Shown here: positions 39,773-48,250 of the stretch, piece by piece | Layout of the letters: every line of letters begins with the position of its first letter | Numbering within the stretch: the stretch's first letter is position 1 | IMG/VR virus record: IMGVR_UViG_2667528183_000003 | Coordinates: 20,270 to 84,269 of that record | Length of the DNA: 64,000 bases | Source: a virus | Taxonomy: Duplodnaviria; Caudoviricetes | Reading direction: 5' to 3' (one strand) | The notes under the pieces: model-generated | Databases searched by the model: none | Told to the model about the DNA's origin: nothing | What the model saw: only the letters and a program-made list of their open reading frames with translations | Made by a program: the position numbers and the translations under genes

Positions 39773-39957
39773 AGCTTGGCCTCATCCGGCGGTTCGATCT
39801 CGCGATACCTGATAGATCTCTGGGCCTGGGCCGCAAGCTTGTCTGCGTCGACCTCAAGGCCAGCCAGATAGGCGAAGGTGTGCACAGACTGCGCATAGAG
39901 CCGGAACCACCAGGGGATATAGACCTGGAGGTAGATTTTCTTGGCCATGGGAGCCAC
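39769..39957 (-). CDS. Hypothetical protein
   Basis: Short ORF coupled to the next gene. Confidence 0.5.
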   Translation of the reverse strand: MAPMAKKIYLQVYIPWWFRLYAQSVHTFAYLAGLEVDADKLAAQAQRSIRYREIEPPDEAKL

Positions 39958-39962
39958 CAGTT

Positions 39963-40157
39963 TTAGAAACCGCGAGGATCAATCGTGATTTTTGGCTGAA
40001 TCCTTGCTGCCAATGCCTGGGCAATCTTCGCCTGCAGTTCTTCTATGTTCTGCTGGCCGATATGCAGATCAAGTTCGCTCTTGATCACTTGCTCAACGTC
40101 TATGTGACTGAAGTCGATTTTTACCGATACGTTGAGGTGGCGAACGGTCTGGTTCAT
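39963..40157 (-). CDS. Hypothetical protein
   Basis: Coupled ORF in the late operon. Confidence 0.5.
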   Translation of the reverse strand: MNQTVRHLNVSVKIDFSHIDVEQVIKSELDLHIGQQNIEELQAKIAQALAARIQPKITIDPRGF

Positions 40158-40399
40158 CAGGAGTCACCAAGAATTTTCAGGCTATCCCCGTCCAAATAGA
40201 ACGTGACAGTCACTGTTGGACAGGAACCTGGGAGGCTCTCGATGCAAACGCGTTGTTGCCCCGGGAGAAGGTCGCCGTGCTCGGTGTAAAGTGCAAACGG
40301 ACGAGAATTTTCCTGATCGGCCAGGGACCGGATCATTTCTGCATCGCCAATGGCATGAACATGCACAAGACGAGGAACACGCTTCAGGACCATCTTCAC
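40157..40399 (-). CDS. Hypothetical protein
   Basis: Coupled ORF; G.LLPGQ...P.VTVTF motif. Confidence 0.5.
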   Translation of the reverse strand: MKMVLKRVPRLVHVHAIGDAEMIRSLADQENSRPFALYTEHGDLLPGQQRVCIESLPGSCPTVTVTFYLDGDSLKILGDS

Positions 40400-40421
40400 A
40401 AGGAGTCACCTTTGAATGGAG

Positions 40422-40685
40422 TTACAGCGCTTTTTTGGCCAGGGCTACAGCCTCGCTCCAGAAGACCGGGAGCTCATGGCCGAGAGCGGCCAGGATGGAT
40501 TCCAGTTTGGCGATCAGGTCGGGCGCTGGAGCGACAGTGGACACAACTTCATCAATATCAGCTGCAGGTGCTGCAACGGATGGGAGTTCTACTGGCAGTT
40601 CGGACATGGCTGGAGCCTCGTTAAAGAGTTTCGCAATCCATGCGGGGAAAGTGATGCTCGCAAGCTTGGCAAAGGTGGCGCTCAC
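40422..40685 (-). CDS. Hypothetical protein
   Basis: ORF with GGAAGG RBS after the holin pair. Confidence 0.5.
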   Translation of the reverse strand: MSATFAKLASITFPAWIAKLFNEAPAMSELPVELPSVAAPAADIDEVVSTVAPAPDLIAKLESILAALGHELPVFWSEAVALAKKAL

Positions 40686-41015
40686 TTACTCACCTTCCTT
40701 TCGCTCAAGGTTGTTGAGGCATTGTTCACAGTGCAGGTATCGGCATAGCCATGACTTGACCATTGGCCAGTGGTTGGCAACAAACCAGTGCCTCAGGCCG
40801 GCCAATGCAAGCGCTCCGTGAAAGGTGACGCCGGCGGCGCTTGGGCTGAGGAACACGGTATCGCCGCGGGTCGCAATCGCGAATCCGGACACAGCGATGG
40901 CTGCGTAGATGATCTTGCCGACAATACCGTCTCTCACCTTGTGGCTCAGTACGCACCACATCGCCCAGATAGCAATGATGGAGATAAAAGCCGTGCTCAA
41001 TGTTTGAAGGCTCAT
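40686..41015 (-). CDS. Membrane protein, holin-associated
   Basis: Three hydrophobic segments; directly after the holin. Confidence 0.6.
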   Translation of the reverse strand: MSLQTLSTAFISIIAIWAMWCVLSHKVRDGIVGKIIYAAIAVSGFAIATRGDTVFLSPSAAGVTFHGALALAGLRHWFVANHWPMVKSWLCRYLHCEQCLNNLERKEGE

Positions 41016-41018
41016 GAA

Positions 41019-41339
41019 TTAACCCCCTCCGAACTTCGAGCGGATAAGCGCCCAGATGTCGGCGGACTTGATAGCGCGGTTGATGGCGGTCATAAGCGAC
41101 CCACCGAAGGCTCCCAATAGGAAGCCGACACCAGCCACATTGCTGGGGTCCACGATTCCGAGGTAGGCGCTTACCATCCCGGTCAGATACAGGGCGCAGG
41201 CAACACCTGTGATCAGGAAGACCACCCAGGCCCTCCAATCAGTCAAGTCGTCTTTATGCCACCAGCTTGCAACGATGGCCCCAAACAGGCCTGCAATGAT
41301 CCACTCGGCCCTGTCGAGCACGCGATGAAGGAATTCCAT
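41019..41339 (-). CDS. Holin
   Basis: Three TM segments; first gene of the late operon. Confidence 0.72.
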   Translation of the reverse strand: MEFLHRVLDRAEWIIAGLFGAIVASWWHKDDLTDWRAWVVFLITGVACALYLTGMVSAYLGIVDPSNVAGVGFLLGAFGGSLMTAINRAIKSADIWALIRSKFGGG

Positions 41340-41372
41340 GCGCTCGACCTCTCAGTTGCATGTGTGTTGAAT

Positions 41373-41397
41373 AAAAAAGGCCGCAGTGTGAGCGGCC
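41373..41397 (-). terminator. Intrinsic terminator before the holin
   Basis: GGCCGC-TCACACT-GCGGCC-TTTTTT on the minus strand. Confidence 0.65.
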
Positions 41398-41479
41398 AAA
41401 CTGCTGGGGAGCAGCGGATGATAGGTCAGCCCCTGCGGCACTCCCGGCTAGTCGCAACAGGTGTGGAGGAGCTGAAAAC

Positions 41480-41507
41480 AAAAAACCCAGCGGGAAGGCT
41501 GGGCTTT
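41480..41507 (-). terminator. Intrinsic terminator after the tRNA-like RNA
   Basis: GCCCAGC-CTTCCC-GCTGGGT-TTTTT. Confidence 0.7.
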
Positions 41508-41511
41508 GGAA

Positions 41512-41620
41512 TGGGTGCAGATGGCCGGTACTGATCTCCGGCATGAACAGTTCGAAAGCGACCCGTGGGCCCACGGTGTTCAGCGTCGTCACTACGCATC
41601 AGTCTGCGCATTCATCTGCA
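41512..41620 (-). ncRNA. tRNA-like RNA (8-bp acceptor stem, 5-bp T stem, encoded CCA, no anticodon arm)
   Basis: UGCAGAUG/CAUCUGCA-C-CCA; GCCGG/CCGGC; UGCGCA/UGCGUA; complementary loops ACUGAU/AUCAGU. Confidence 0.65.
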
Positions 41621-41626
41621 TAAAGC

Positions 41627-41655
41627 AAAAAGCCCGACTCAATGGCCGGGCTTTT
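41627..41655 (-). terminator. tR'-like terminator
   Basis: AAAAGCCCGGC-CATTGA-GTCGGGCTTTTT. Confidence 0.75.
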
Positions 41656-41698
41656 AATCATCCATCATCTGCACACGCACGAATGACAGGATGGATAA

Positions 41699-41727
41699 AT
41701 ACTACGAAATGGCGAAATTTAAAGCAA
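41699..41727 (-). promoter_or_regulatory. pR'-like late promoter
   Basis: TTGCTT-17 bp-TAGTAT upstream of tR' and the lysis/head genes. Confidence 0.55.
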
Positions 41728-41734
41728 GCAGTAT

Positions 41735-42085
41735 TTATTCCATCGCTTTGCCGATCTCGGCGGCGGCACGAACGATTGCACGGCGTATCCTCGCCATGTG
41801 GTCATGAGGGCCATATTCGCTCTCTGCAGCGCATGCTGAAGGGATTGCTCCATATACGGTTTTTGCTTCTATCCCGCGGCCATCGCAACTCACTATCAGC
41901 CCTGTCGCAGCAGCAAGCCTCAATGCATCGCCATCATCGACAAGAGGGTTCCAATAATGGCCGCTACTCCAGTCATTAGGCCCGTAAAAGCTGGCCCCTA
42001 GCCGGTCTGCTGGGTCGTCAATTTCTAGACACTCTCCGCCTATCGCCTTAGCCGCCAGCTCCAGCAGTTCGCGGTCGGTCATCAT
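41735..42085 (-). CDS. Conserved phage hypothetical protein
   Basis: MTDRELLELAAKA...WNPL.DDGDALRLA...RRAIVRAAAEIGK. Confidence 0.7.
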   Translation of the reverse strand: MMTDRELLELAAKAIGGECLEIDDPADRLGASFYGPNDWSSGHYWNPLVDDGDALRLAAATGLIVSCDGRGIEAKTVYGAIPSACAAESEYGPHDHMARIRRAIVRAAAEIGKAME

Positions 42086-42342
42086 GGCTTTCCTGGTCTT
42101 TTGTGGCATCTCTGAAGCTTATGACTCAGCCAAGCAACCATCCGCTCAAGGCGCAGGGCCTTGAATATCGCAGTCTTGAGTTCTTCGGCGGCCCGATGCA
42201 TGCGAAACCGCTCAAATTCGGCTTGTATGCCCGGACCTAAATATTTCCCTTGCCTATCTTTTTCGAAAACCTGCATACGCATTTTCTCTGAAAATCCATT
42301 GAGAAACTGAACCTCAAACTCTTCCTGCGCCTTGTCGCTCAT
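42082..42342 (-). CDS. Hypothetical protein
   Basis: ATGA-coupled ORF. Confidence 0.5.
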   Translation of the reverse strand: MSDKAQEEFEVQFLNGFSEKMRMQVFEKDRQGKYLGPGIQAEFERFRMHRAAEELKTAIFKALRLERMVAWLSHKLQRCHKRPGKP

Positions 42343-43004
42343 GCCGCTTGCTCCCCAAGTACGCCGGCCGCCTCAAGCAGCAATTGTGCTTCCACCAGCG
42401 CATCATCCACAAGACTTTCCAGGGCCTTCTTGATGGCCTTGTTCCAGAGCTGGTAAGTGCGCTCGCTCATTCCCTGGTTGTCCCAGGTGTTCATGTCGTA
42501 GTTGGAATCAGCCAGAACGATCATGTCACTGGAGCGGGAACCTGCTTTTTGCTCTTCCTTGGCGTTTGCGCGCCTGATAGCGGCCTTTGCGGCTTCCACG
42601 CGCCATGACGGCACACCTTCGTCGAACTCGGGCGTCCTGGCCTTCACAGGCTCCTTGCGCACACCCTTGATCTGAGGGATGGCCCAGGCTGTCACGGCCT
42701 TGCGGGTGAAAAGTGCCGGCGCTGGGCTGGTAACGATTGCCACCAAGCGGCCTGTCGCCTCAATTTTGCGCCCGTTGTGAGTGCTGAACTTGGCCGTCAG
42801 GGCATTCCAGTGCCGCGGCGAAAGTTGCGCATGGAGAACCTTGTGCACCATGCAATCGATCAGCAACGCGGCATCCTTGCCTGTGATTTCACCTTTCAGC
42901 TTGCTGGCCTGCACCTTTGGCTCAAAGTCGCACCCACCGGCCGAGTTGATGGTTTCGGCGGCCAGAGCCCGAACAACAGCGGATATCACGTTGCGATAGA
43001 TCAT
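42339..43004 (-). CDS. Probable late antiterminator (Q position)
   Basis: End of the nin region upstream of pR'; C-terminal HTH-like SERTYQLW; assignment mainly by synteny. Confidence 0.5.
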   Translation of the reverse strand: MIYRNVISAVVRALAAETINSAGGCDFEPKVQASKLKGEITGKDAALLIDCMVHKVLHAQLSPRHWNALTAKFSTHNGRKIEATGRLVAIVTSPAPALFTRKAVTAWAIPQIKGVRKEPVKARTPEFDEGVPSWRVEAAKAAIRRANAKEEQKAGSRSSDMIVLADSNYDMNTWDNQGMSERTYQLWNKAIKKALESLVDDALVEAQLLLEAAGVLGEQAA

Positions 43005-44140
43005 GCTGCCACCTCTTTCAACATTGAGGGATGTACGGTGTGACGGGCCACTTCTCCGTGTTGGCGGTGAAGAACGATGGCCTTCATGTTCTGGCGCGAT
43101 CTCCAGCCGCCGGCGTGGGCGTAACTGTCACCTGGTGCCAGCGTATTGAAAGACTCGACTGTGCAGCCTGGGTACTCCTTTTTGCTTTCGTGGTGAATGT
43201 GGCCTGTCCACCAATAGCGATGTTCTGTATCCCCCCAGTCCTTGGCACGATCGGTGGCCATGACGCCTGGAAGCTTGTCAGCTTTGCTGGTGTGACCGTG
43301 GTGCATGCCGATCAAGTTGTTGCCCCAACGGTAATAGCTGAAAACGCTTGGCGAGGTTTCGACGGTGACACGCGGCTCATTGGCGTAGAGATGGGCAAAC
43401 AGTCGGCTCAACCACACGGCACCGGTTTCGTCATGGTTGCCGATGACGTGCACGACGTGGACGCTCTTGTGCTTCGTCAGGGCCGACTCAACGCACTGGC
43501 GCATGGCTAGGATGAGGATGTCCACCATCTTTGCGTAGCGGCTGTCTGCGTCGAGGTGATGCCCACTGCGCGGGGTAATGGCTGCCATGGAGTCATAGTG
43601 CGCAGCATCACCGAGGTTCACGATGATTGCCGTCTCAGTTGCCGGCGCCGAATCTACCAATGAGGCCATGGCGGCGCAGTGAGTGCGCTCGGCGATGCTC
43701 AGGTCCCAGTCCTCCCCGCATTCCTCGGCCCATATGTATTCCCCGAAATGAGGATCCCCAATTGGGTAAGCCGTCATCAGGTCGGGCAGGTAGGTGCCAG
43801 CGAAGGGACGCGGCTGTACCTGGGGCAAGTCCTTGACCGCGGCTTCACATGAGGCCCGAATGAGGGCCTCTAATGCTTCGGTATCGGTATTGGTCTTTAC
43901 CCAAGAGAGCAACGGCTCAGCCTCACCGCGGCGCATGAGCTGGGACGTGCCCTTGATCTTCAGAAACGGCGGGAGCTTCGTCTCGATATGCATTTCCGGG
44001 ATGTGCCCACGCAGCGCCATCCTCGCCTTGCGCTTGGACAGAGTTCTTGGGTGCAGACCCAAATGCTCTGCCGCGGCAGCATGGGTCATTGTCTCAAGCG
44101 CTTCTATGATCTGCTCGTCGGTGACCTTTTGCTCATTCAT
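43001..44140 (-). CDS. HTH plus calcineurin-like metallophosphoesterase
   Basis: AAAEHLGLHPRTL HTH; GDPHFG, LGD, GNHD, HGH, GHIHH motifs. Confidence 0.85.
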   Translation of the reverse strand: MNEQKVTDEQIIEALETMTHAAAAEHLGLHPRTLSKRKARMALRGHIPEMHIETKLPPFLKIKGTSQLMRRGEAEPLLSWVKTNTDTEALEALIRASCEAAVKDLPQVQPRPFAGTYLPDLMTAYPIGDPHFGEYIWAEECGEDWDLSIAERTHCAAMASLVDSAPATETAIIVNLGDAAHYDSMAAITPRSGHHLDADSRYAKMVDILILAMRQCVESALTKHKSVHVVHVIGNHDETGAVWLSRLFAHLYANEPRVTVETSPSVFSYYRWGNNLIGMHHGHTSKADKLPGVMATDRAKDWGDTEHRYWWTGHIHHESKKEYPGCTVESFNTLAPGDSYAHAGGWRSRQNMKAIVLHRQHGEVARHTVHPSMLKEVAA

Positions 44141-44574
44141 TGTGCGGCTCCGGCGATGGTGTAGTGCGTCGGTTCTTTGTCTTCGTGAATCGCTTTCAGT
44201 CGCGCGACATGAGGCGTAAGCGAATTGATCAACTGCCTGTAGCCGCCAGGGTGCATTCGGTCGTCATTGAGCTTTCCAGCAGCCTCTGCGTCGACAATGA
44301 TTGCGAGGCAAGCAAGCGCATGAGCCAAATGCGGGAGGCCGCTGTCAGGGTCGACAGCCTCCCCTTCGAACCATGCATTAAGGTGCCGACTGGCTGCGTC
44401 GTAGTAGATCGAGGCGCGAACACCGACGGCGCGGAAGTTCGAACGACCGTACTTCAGCATTCCATCAAGAAGGCCCAGGCTTCCAAGCGCTGTGGCAGTT
44501 ACTGGCCAAAGGTGCAGCGGCAACTTCCCGCTACCGATCAGGTCTTTTGGGTTGGTCGGCTTGGTATCGGTCAT
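44137..44574 (-). CDS. dATP/dGTP diphosphohydrolase-domain protein (DUF5664-like)
   Basis: NPKD.IG..K.PL.L.P, G..KYG..N.R, RHL.AW..GE..DPDSGLPHLAHA. Confidence 0.85.
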   Translation of the reverse strand: MTDTKPTNPKDLIGSGKLPLHLWPVTATALGSLGLLDGMLKYGRSNFRAVGVRASIYYDAASRHLNAWFEGEAVDPDSGLPHLAHALACLAIIVDAEAAGKLNDDRMHPGGYRQLINSLTPHVARLKAIHEDKEPTHYTIAGAAQ

Positions 44575-44864
44575 GCTGCTGCCCCTTTGCGGTGGAATTT
44601 TGAGTCATACCAGCGGTAGAAGAACTGGGCCGCCGTAATGCCGATCGATCCACCGAAGCCGGAGACGATCAGGAAGTAACCGGTGGAGATGTTTGAATGC
44701 GCTACCGCCCAGATGTAGGCGAACTGCGCCAAGGTGATCATCCAGCTCACGAAGAATCCGGCGATGATCTTGTCGTCGCGCAAGAGCTTGCTATTCAGCC
44801 CAAGCAGGAACACCTGAAAGAACGCTGAGACGAATACAATCGGAACTTGCAGTTCAGGGCTCAT
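44571..44864 (-). CDS. Small membrane protein
   Basis: Three hydrophobic segments; ATGA-coupled. Confidence 0.65.
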   Translation of the reverse strand: MSPELQVPIVFVSAFFQVFLLGLNSKLLRDDKIIAGFFVSWMITLAQFAYIWAVAHSNISTGYFLIVSGFGGSIGITAAQFFYRWYDSKFHRKGAAA

Positions 44865-45058
44865 GCTGCCTTCCCCTGTTTCGATTCAAAATGGTCGATG
44901 CATGCCGCCTTCGCCTTGTCCAGTTCCTTGCCCGAGTGCAGGATTTTCCCTTTCGGGCAACGGACCACGTAGGCGTGGCCGACCGCCAGGGCGTACTTGC
45001 TGATCAGGTAGCCCTCATCGGATGAAATGCAGTTCTTGCTGACTGGCTTCCAGTTCAT
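44861..45058 (-). CDS. Hypothetical nin-region protein
   Basis: Start MNWKP; ATGA coupling. Confidence 0.55.
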   Translation of the reverse strand: MNWKPVSKNCISSDEGYLISKYALAVGHAYVVRCPKGKILHSGKELDKAKAACIDHFESKQGKAA

Positions 45059-45321
45059 GCCGCGCTCCTCCGAGATAGCTTCTGTTCGCATTTCTTGCAG
45101 CGATCCCAGTTTCCAGGCTCAAACATCGGCATCTTGTCCGTGCTGACTGCATCGATACCGCACAGAGAGCGCCAGAAGTACGCACGTCCGTGCGAAGTGA
45201 TGGCCGGGTAAGCCTTGTCCTGGCTGTAGTAGTGGGCTTTGCCTGTAATGGGAAACATCGGCTTAAGCCAGCCCCTTGATGGCCTGCTTGCACCGCCAGT
45301 GATTTGCGCAATCTGGGTCAT
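45055..45321 (-). CDS. Hypothetical Cys/His protein
   Basis: KAHY...SLCG...RCKKC putative Zn site. Confidence 0.6.
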   Translation of the reverse strand: MTQIAQITGGASRPSRGWLKPMFPITGKAHYYSQDKAYPAITSHGRAYFWRSLCGIDAVSTDKMPMFEPGNWDRCKKCEQKLSRRSAA

Positions 45322-45965
45322 GCTGCCTGCCCCTTCTTGAGTTCTTTGAGCTTTGTCCGGTATTCGGCGGTGATGGCTTTTAGCTGTTCTGTTTCGTGCT
45401 TGCGTGGCGCGTGGTCTGCCTCAAGAGCCTCGACCGCTTCCAGGCCAATGCGCGCGATCAACCCGTCGCGGAATCCTTGCGAAACCGTTATGCCTTTGCG
45501 GGCGTATTTGGATGAGCCGGCATTACAGCTTTTGCACTGAAGCCAGATGTTGGTCGGCTCCAGGCGCAACTCTGGCCGGGCTCCCTTGCCGAGGAAGTGG
45601 CCGGCATCAAATGCCCCGCCGGTCTTCCACCCCTGGGCTGCGAGGATCGACTCCTGCGACTCACCGCAGCTGATGCACCCACTGCCGATGCTCAGCTCGT
45701 AGGTGCGCCGGTAATCGCGGACTGCTTTCTCGGCGTCCTTGAGGTGGTCAGTGCGACTTTTCAGGGCCTCCTTGCGAACCTGGATCTCTTTGCGCTCAAT
45801 CAGGGCCAGCGACTTGCGCGCCTTCTCCTGGTTCACGTCCTTGATCGCCAGGCCGCAGGCCCAACTGCAGACCTTTTGAGCTCTCGAGAATGTGGGGACG
45901 AATGAGGCCCCGCATGCAGGGTTCTTGCAGGTCTTGGGCTTAGTTTTTTTGGTGGTGAGGCTCAT
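45318..45965 (-). CDS. ninG: NinG/Rap-family recombination endonuclease
   Basis: C..C...F.P...QKVCS..C; CISCG; DAGHF; LR....NI..QC..CN. Confidence 0.88.
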   Translation of the reverse strand: MSLTTKKTKPKTCKNPACGASFVPTFSRAQKVCSWACGLAIKDVNQEKARKSLALIERKEIQVRKEALKSRTDHLKDAEKAVRDYRRTYELSIGSGCISCGESQESILAAQGWKTGGAFDAGHFLGKGARPELRLEPTNIWLQCKSCNAGSSKYARKGITVSQGFRDGLIARIGLEAVEALEADHAPRKHETEQLKAITAEYRTKLKELKKGQAA

Positions 45966-46699
45966 GCACGCTCCTCCCAATCCCAGTGGAGCTTTGGATT
46001 TACCGGGGGAATGCATTCGAGTGTCTGGAGGTTCAGCAGAGTGAAATGTCCGTCCATCCAACCAGCTGTGTCGATGTGGTAGACGTTGCCGAGGATCGCG
46101 GGCTGCCGCAGCGGCGTATGACCTACGATCACAGCCCTTATGCCAGCCACGCCTCCAGTGTTTTCTTCAGTGATGCGCTTCCTTGACCATTGAAGCATCG
46201 CCGCAGTGTGTTCAGCTTCAGCAGTCGGGCCAGCGAGCGCTTTCAACATCTCCTCCCAGCTATCACGTGGCACATCGGCGTGAACGATCCCAATGAGGCC
46301 ATGAGCCGTCTCGACCTCAATCACCAGAGGCAAGTCCTGAAGGATGCTTGCGTAGCAGCCCTGCTCCACGCTGGAAAGCCCGTAAAACCATTGGCCACCG
46401 TTGATGAAGTGCATCCCGCACTGATCACTGGCGCGCCCAGCCGTATGCGAATCAATCGTCATCTGCTCGTGGTTGCCCCGAACCGCATGAAACCAAGGCT
46501 TGCGGAGAACCCATTCATCTACATCAAGCGACTCTGGTCCGCGATCAACTAAGTCACCAACGCTGAAAAGCCGGTCAACCGCAGGATCGAATTCGATCGT
46601 CTCCAGCGCCGACTGCAACCGAGTGAAGTGCCCGTGAATGTCGCCAACCGCGAAATCTCGGCCTGCAGTGTTGAGCTTAAATCTCTTTATCTGGCTCAT
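45962..46699 (-). CDS. ninI: NinI-like Ser/Thr protein phosphatase
   Basis: GDIHG, GDLVDRG, RGNHE, GHTP, IDT motifs. Confidence 0.9.
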   Translation of the reverse strand: MSQIKRFKLNTAGRDFAVGDIHGHFTRLQSALETIEFDPAVDRLFSVGDLVDRGPESLDVDEWVLRKPWFHAVRGNHEQMTIDSHTAGRASDQCGMHFINGGQWFYGLSSVEQGCYASILQDLPLVIEVETAHGLIGIVHADVPRDSWEEMLKALAGPTAEAEHTAAMLQWSRKRITEENTGGVAGIRAVIVGHTPLRQPAILGNVYHIDTAGWMDGHFTLLNLQTLECIPPVNPKLHWDWEERA

Positions 46700-47307
46700 G
46701 CTGCTTGCTCCCACTGCTCGGGCATCTGGCCCTTAGGTTCGCAAAAGCGCCATGTATGGCCTTTGTGAGATTTGATCTTCCCAGCACAGCAGCGGCTAAT
46801 GCTGCAGCTAGAAAATCCAGCGCGAACTGCATCCATTCCGCTTTGGAAAAATGTCTCTGCGCCAGTAGCAATTTCAGTCGCGATGACTGCTTTCGAGGCT
46901 TTGCTTGCAGAGCCAAACTTTCCAAGGCCATTGGCCTTTCGTCCGTTATTAGAGAACCCATGGGCAACATTTTCGGAGTGCGTTACCCATTCAAGATTCT
47001 CTGCTCGGTTATCTGTGCGAATGCCATTTTTGTGATTGACGATCAGGCCTTCTTTGAACCCAGAGCAAAAGGCTAGAGCTACAAGCTGATGAACAGAGCG
47101 CCTATCCTTTTTAGATAGAGACACCTGCAAGTAACCAGTTCTCTTGACAGGAAACGCCTTAAGCACTTTGCCAGACAGGAATCTTTCACAAGCTGACGAT
47201 CTTTGGCTGCCCGCTTGAAAAACCATCCGATCCTTGCTGCGCACCAATCCAGATGAACAGACTTCGTACCCAGGGCAGAACGAAATTTCTTTCCAGATAT
47301 CAGCCAT
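46696..47307 (-). CDS. NUMOD4-HNH homing endonuclease
   Basis: WK.I....YEV...G.VRS; VH.LVA.AF; VNHKNG...DNR..NLEW.T..EN. Confidence 0.9.
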   Translation of the reverse strand: MADIWKEISFCPGYEVCSSGLVRSKDRMVFQAGSQRSSACERFLSGKVLKAFPVKRTGYLQVSLSKKDRRSVHQLVALAFCSGFKEGLIVNHKNGIRTDNRAENLEWVTHSENVAHGFSNNGRKANGLGKFGSASKASKAVIATEIATGAETFFQSGMDAVRAGFSSCSISRCCAGKIKSHKGHTWRFCEPKGQMPEQWEQAA

Positions 47308-47723
47308 CAGTACCGCCCTCCCCAGTTGTCTTTCTGCGTCCAACGCACCTGGTGCTCGGCACCGAAGGCATGAACCCATTCGATCAGTTCTCCGCACTGT
47401 TTCACGGTGAGCTTGCTTGTGCGCTCGTAGATGACGTCGAAACCGTTGCCGTCTACCGCAGGGATCATCTGGGGCTTATCTCCCGTCTCGCGCAGCCAGG
47501 CGGCGGTCAGCAGGCGCTTCCAGATCAAGACATCCCACTTCTTTCCGGCGTGTTCGACCTGGGCAGCGATATCGGCCAGAGCAGCGTGCAGCGCCTTGTT
47601 CTGCTCCATGCTGCGGTCCACGTCAGTGATGGCCAGCTTCTTGGGCTTGGCCAGGTCAAGCCCGGCGATGTAGCCCATCGCCTTGGTGCGGTCTGATTCG
47701 TTGCGGATCTGGAGGTTGGTCAT
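47307..47723 (-). CDS. ninB: NinB/Orf-family recombination protein
   Basis: RS.EQN..LHA.L.DIA.QV; WK.L; TSKLT....ELIE...AFGAE. Confidence 0.9.
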   Translation of the reverse strand: MTNLQIRNESDRTKAMGYIAGLDLAKPKKLAITDVDRSMEQNKALHAALADIAAQVEHAGKKWDVLIWKRLLTAAWLRETGDKPQMIPAVDGNGFDVIYERTSKLTVKQCGELIEWVHAFGAEHQVRWTQKDNWGGRY

Positions 47724-48250
47724 GGCTGCTCTCCCTTGGACAGGGCGGCGCGGGCGGCATCAACGTAGATTGACTCGCCAGGCTCAAGGTCGCTCCAATG
47801 CTCAAGCAGCGGCTTGAGAGCTTGGCGCAGCGCCTTGTTCTCGGCCTGGAAACGCTCAGAAGCCTCCTTGTAGGTCTTCGCGTCGATGGCCTTGAACTCA
47901 AGTGCACCCTCAAGGCGTTCGTTCTCGGCCTTGAGCTGGGCGATGCTCGCTTCCTGTCTGCGGATGCGCGATGCCGCCGCCAAAAGAACAATGGCGAATG
48001 GATCGTTGTCGCCATGGTCCGAGTTTTCCTGAAACGCCTGGGCGTTATCGCCCAGCTCCTTGATCAGGTCTTCAGCCAGCCAGTCATGCGGGCCTCTAAG
48101 GCTCTCAATCTCGGCGACCATTTCTGCAACCGTCTCAGGGTCGAGATAGTCGTACAGGTCGGAAATCCTCCGTCCGAAGTCTTCTGCATCTGCGCAGTTC
48201 GATTCTTTACAGCCATCTACCAGCCGCTTCAGTTCGGTGTAGTCAGTCAT
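47720..48250 (-). CDS. Ead/Ea22-like protein
   Basis: MTDY.ELKRL; P..V..++AEIE.L; coiled coil. Confidence 0.55.
   Translation of the reverse strand: MTDYTELKRLVDGCKESNCADAEDFGRRISDLYDYLDPETVAEMVAEIESLRGPHDWLAEDLIKELGDNAQAFQENSDHGDNDPFAIVLLAAASRIRRQEASIAQLKAENERLEGALEFKAIDAKTYKEASERFQAENKALRQALKPLLEHWSDLEPGESIYVDAARAALSKGEQP

Noticed and set aside
14998-41339. Split lysis cassette (holin before terminase, endolysin and spanins after tail) as a novelty
   Set aside because: This arrangement is common in Pseudomonas prophages
43001-44574. Complete DNA base-modification (dZ or 7-deazaguanine) pathway
   Set aside because: No PurZ, DpdA, Que/Fol enzymes or phage polymerase are seen in the window
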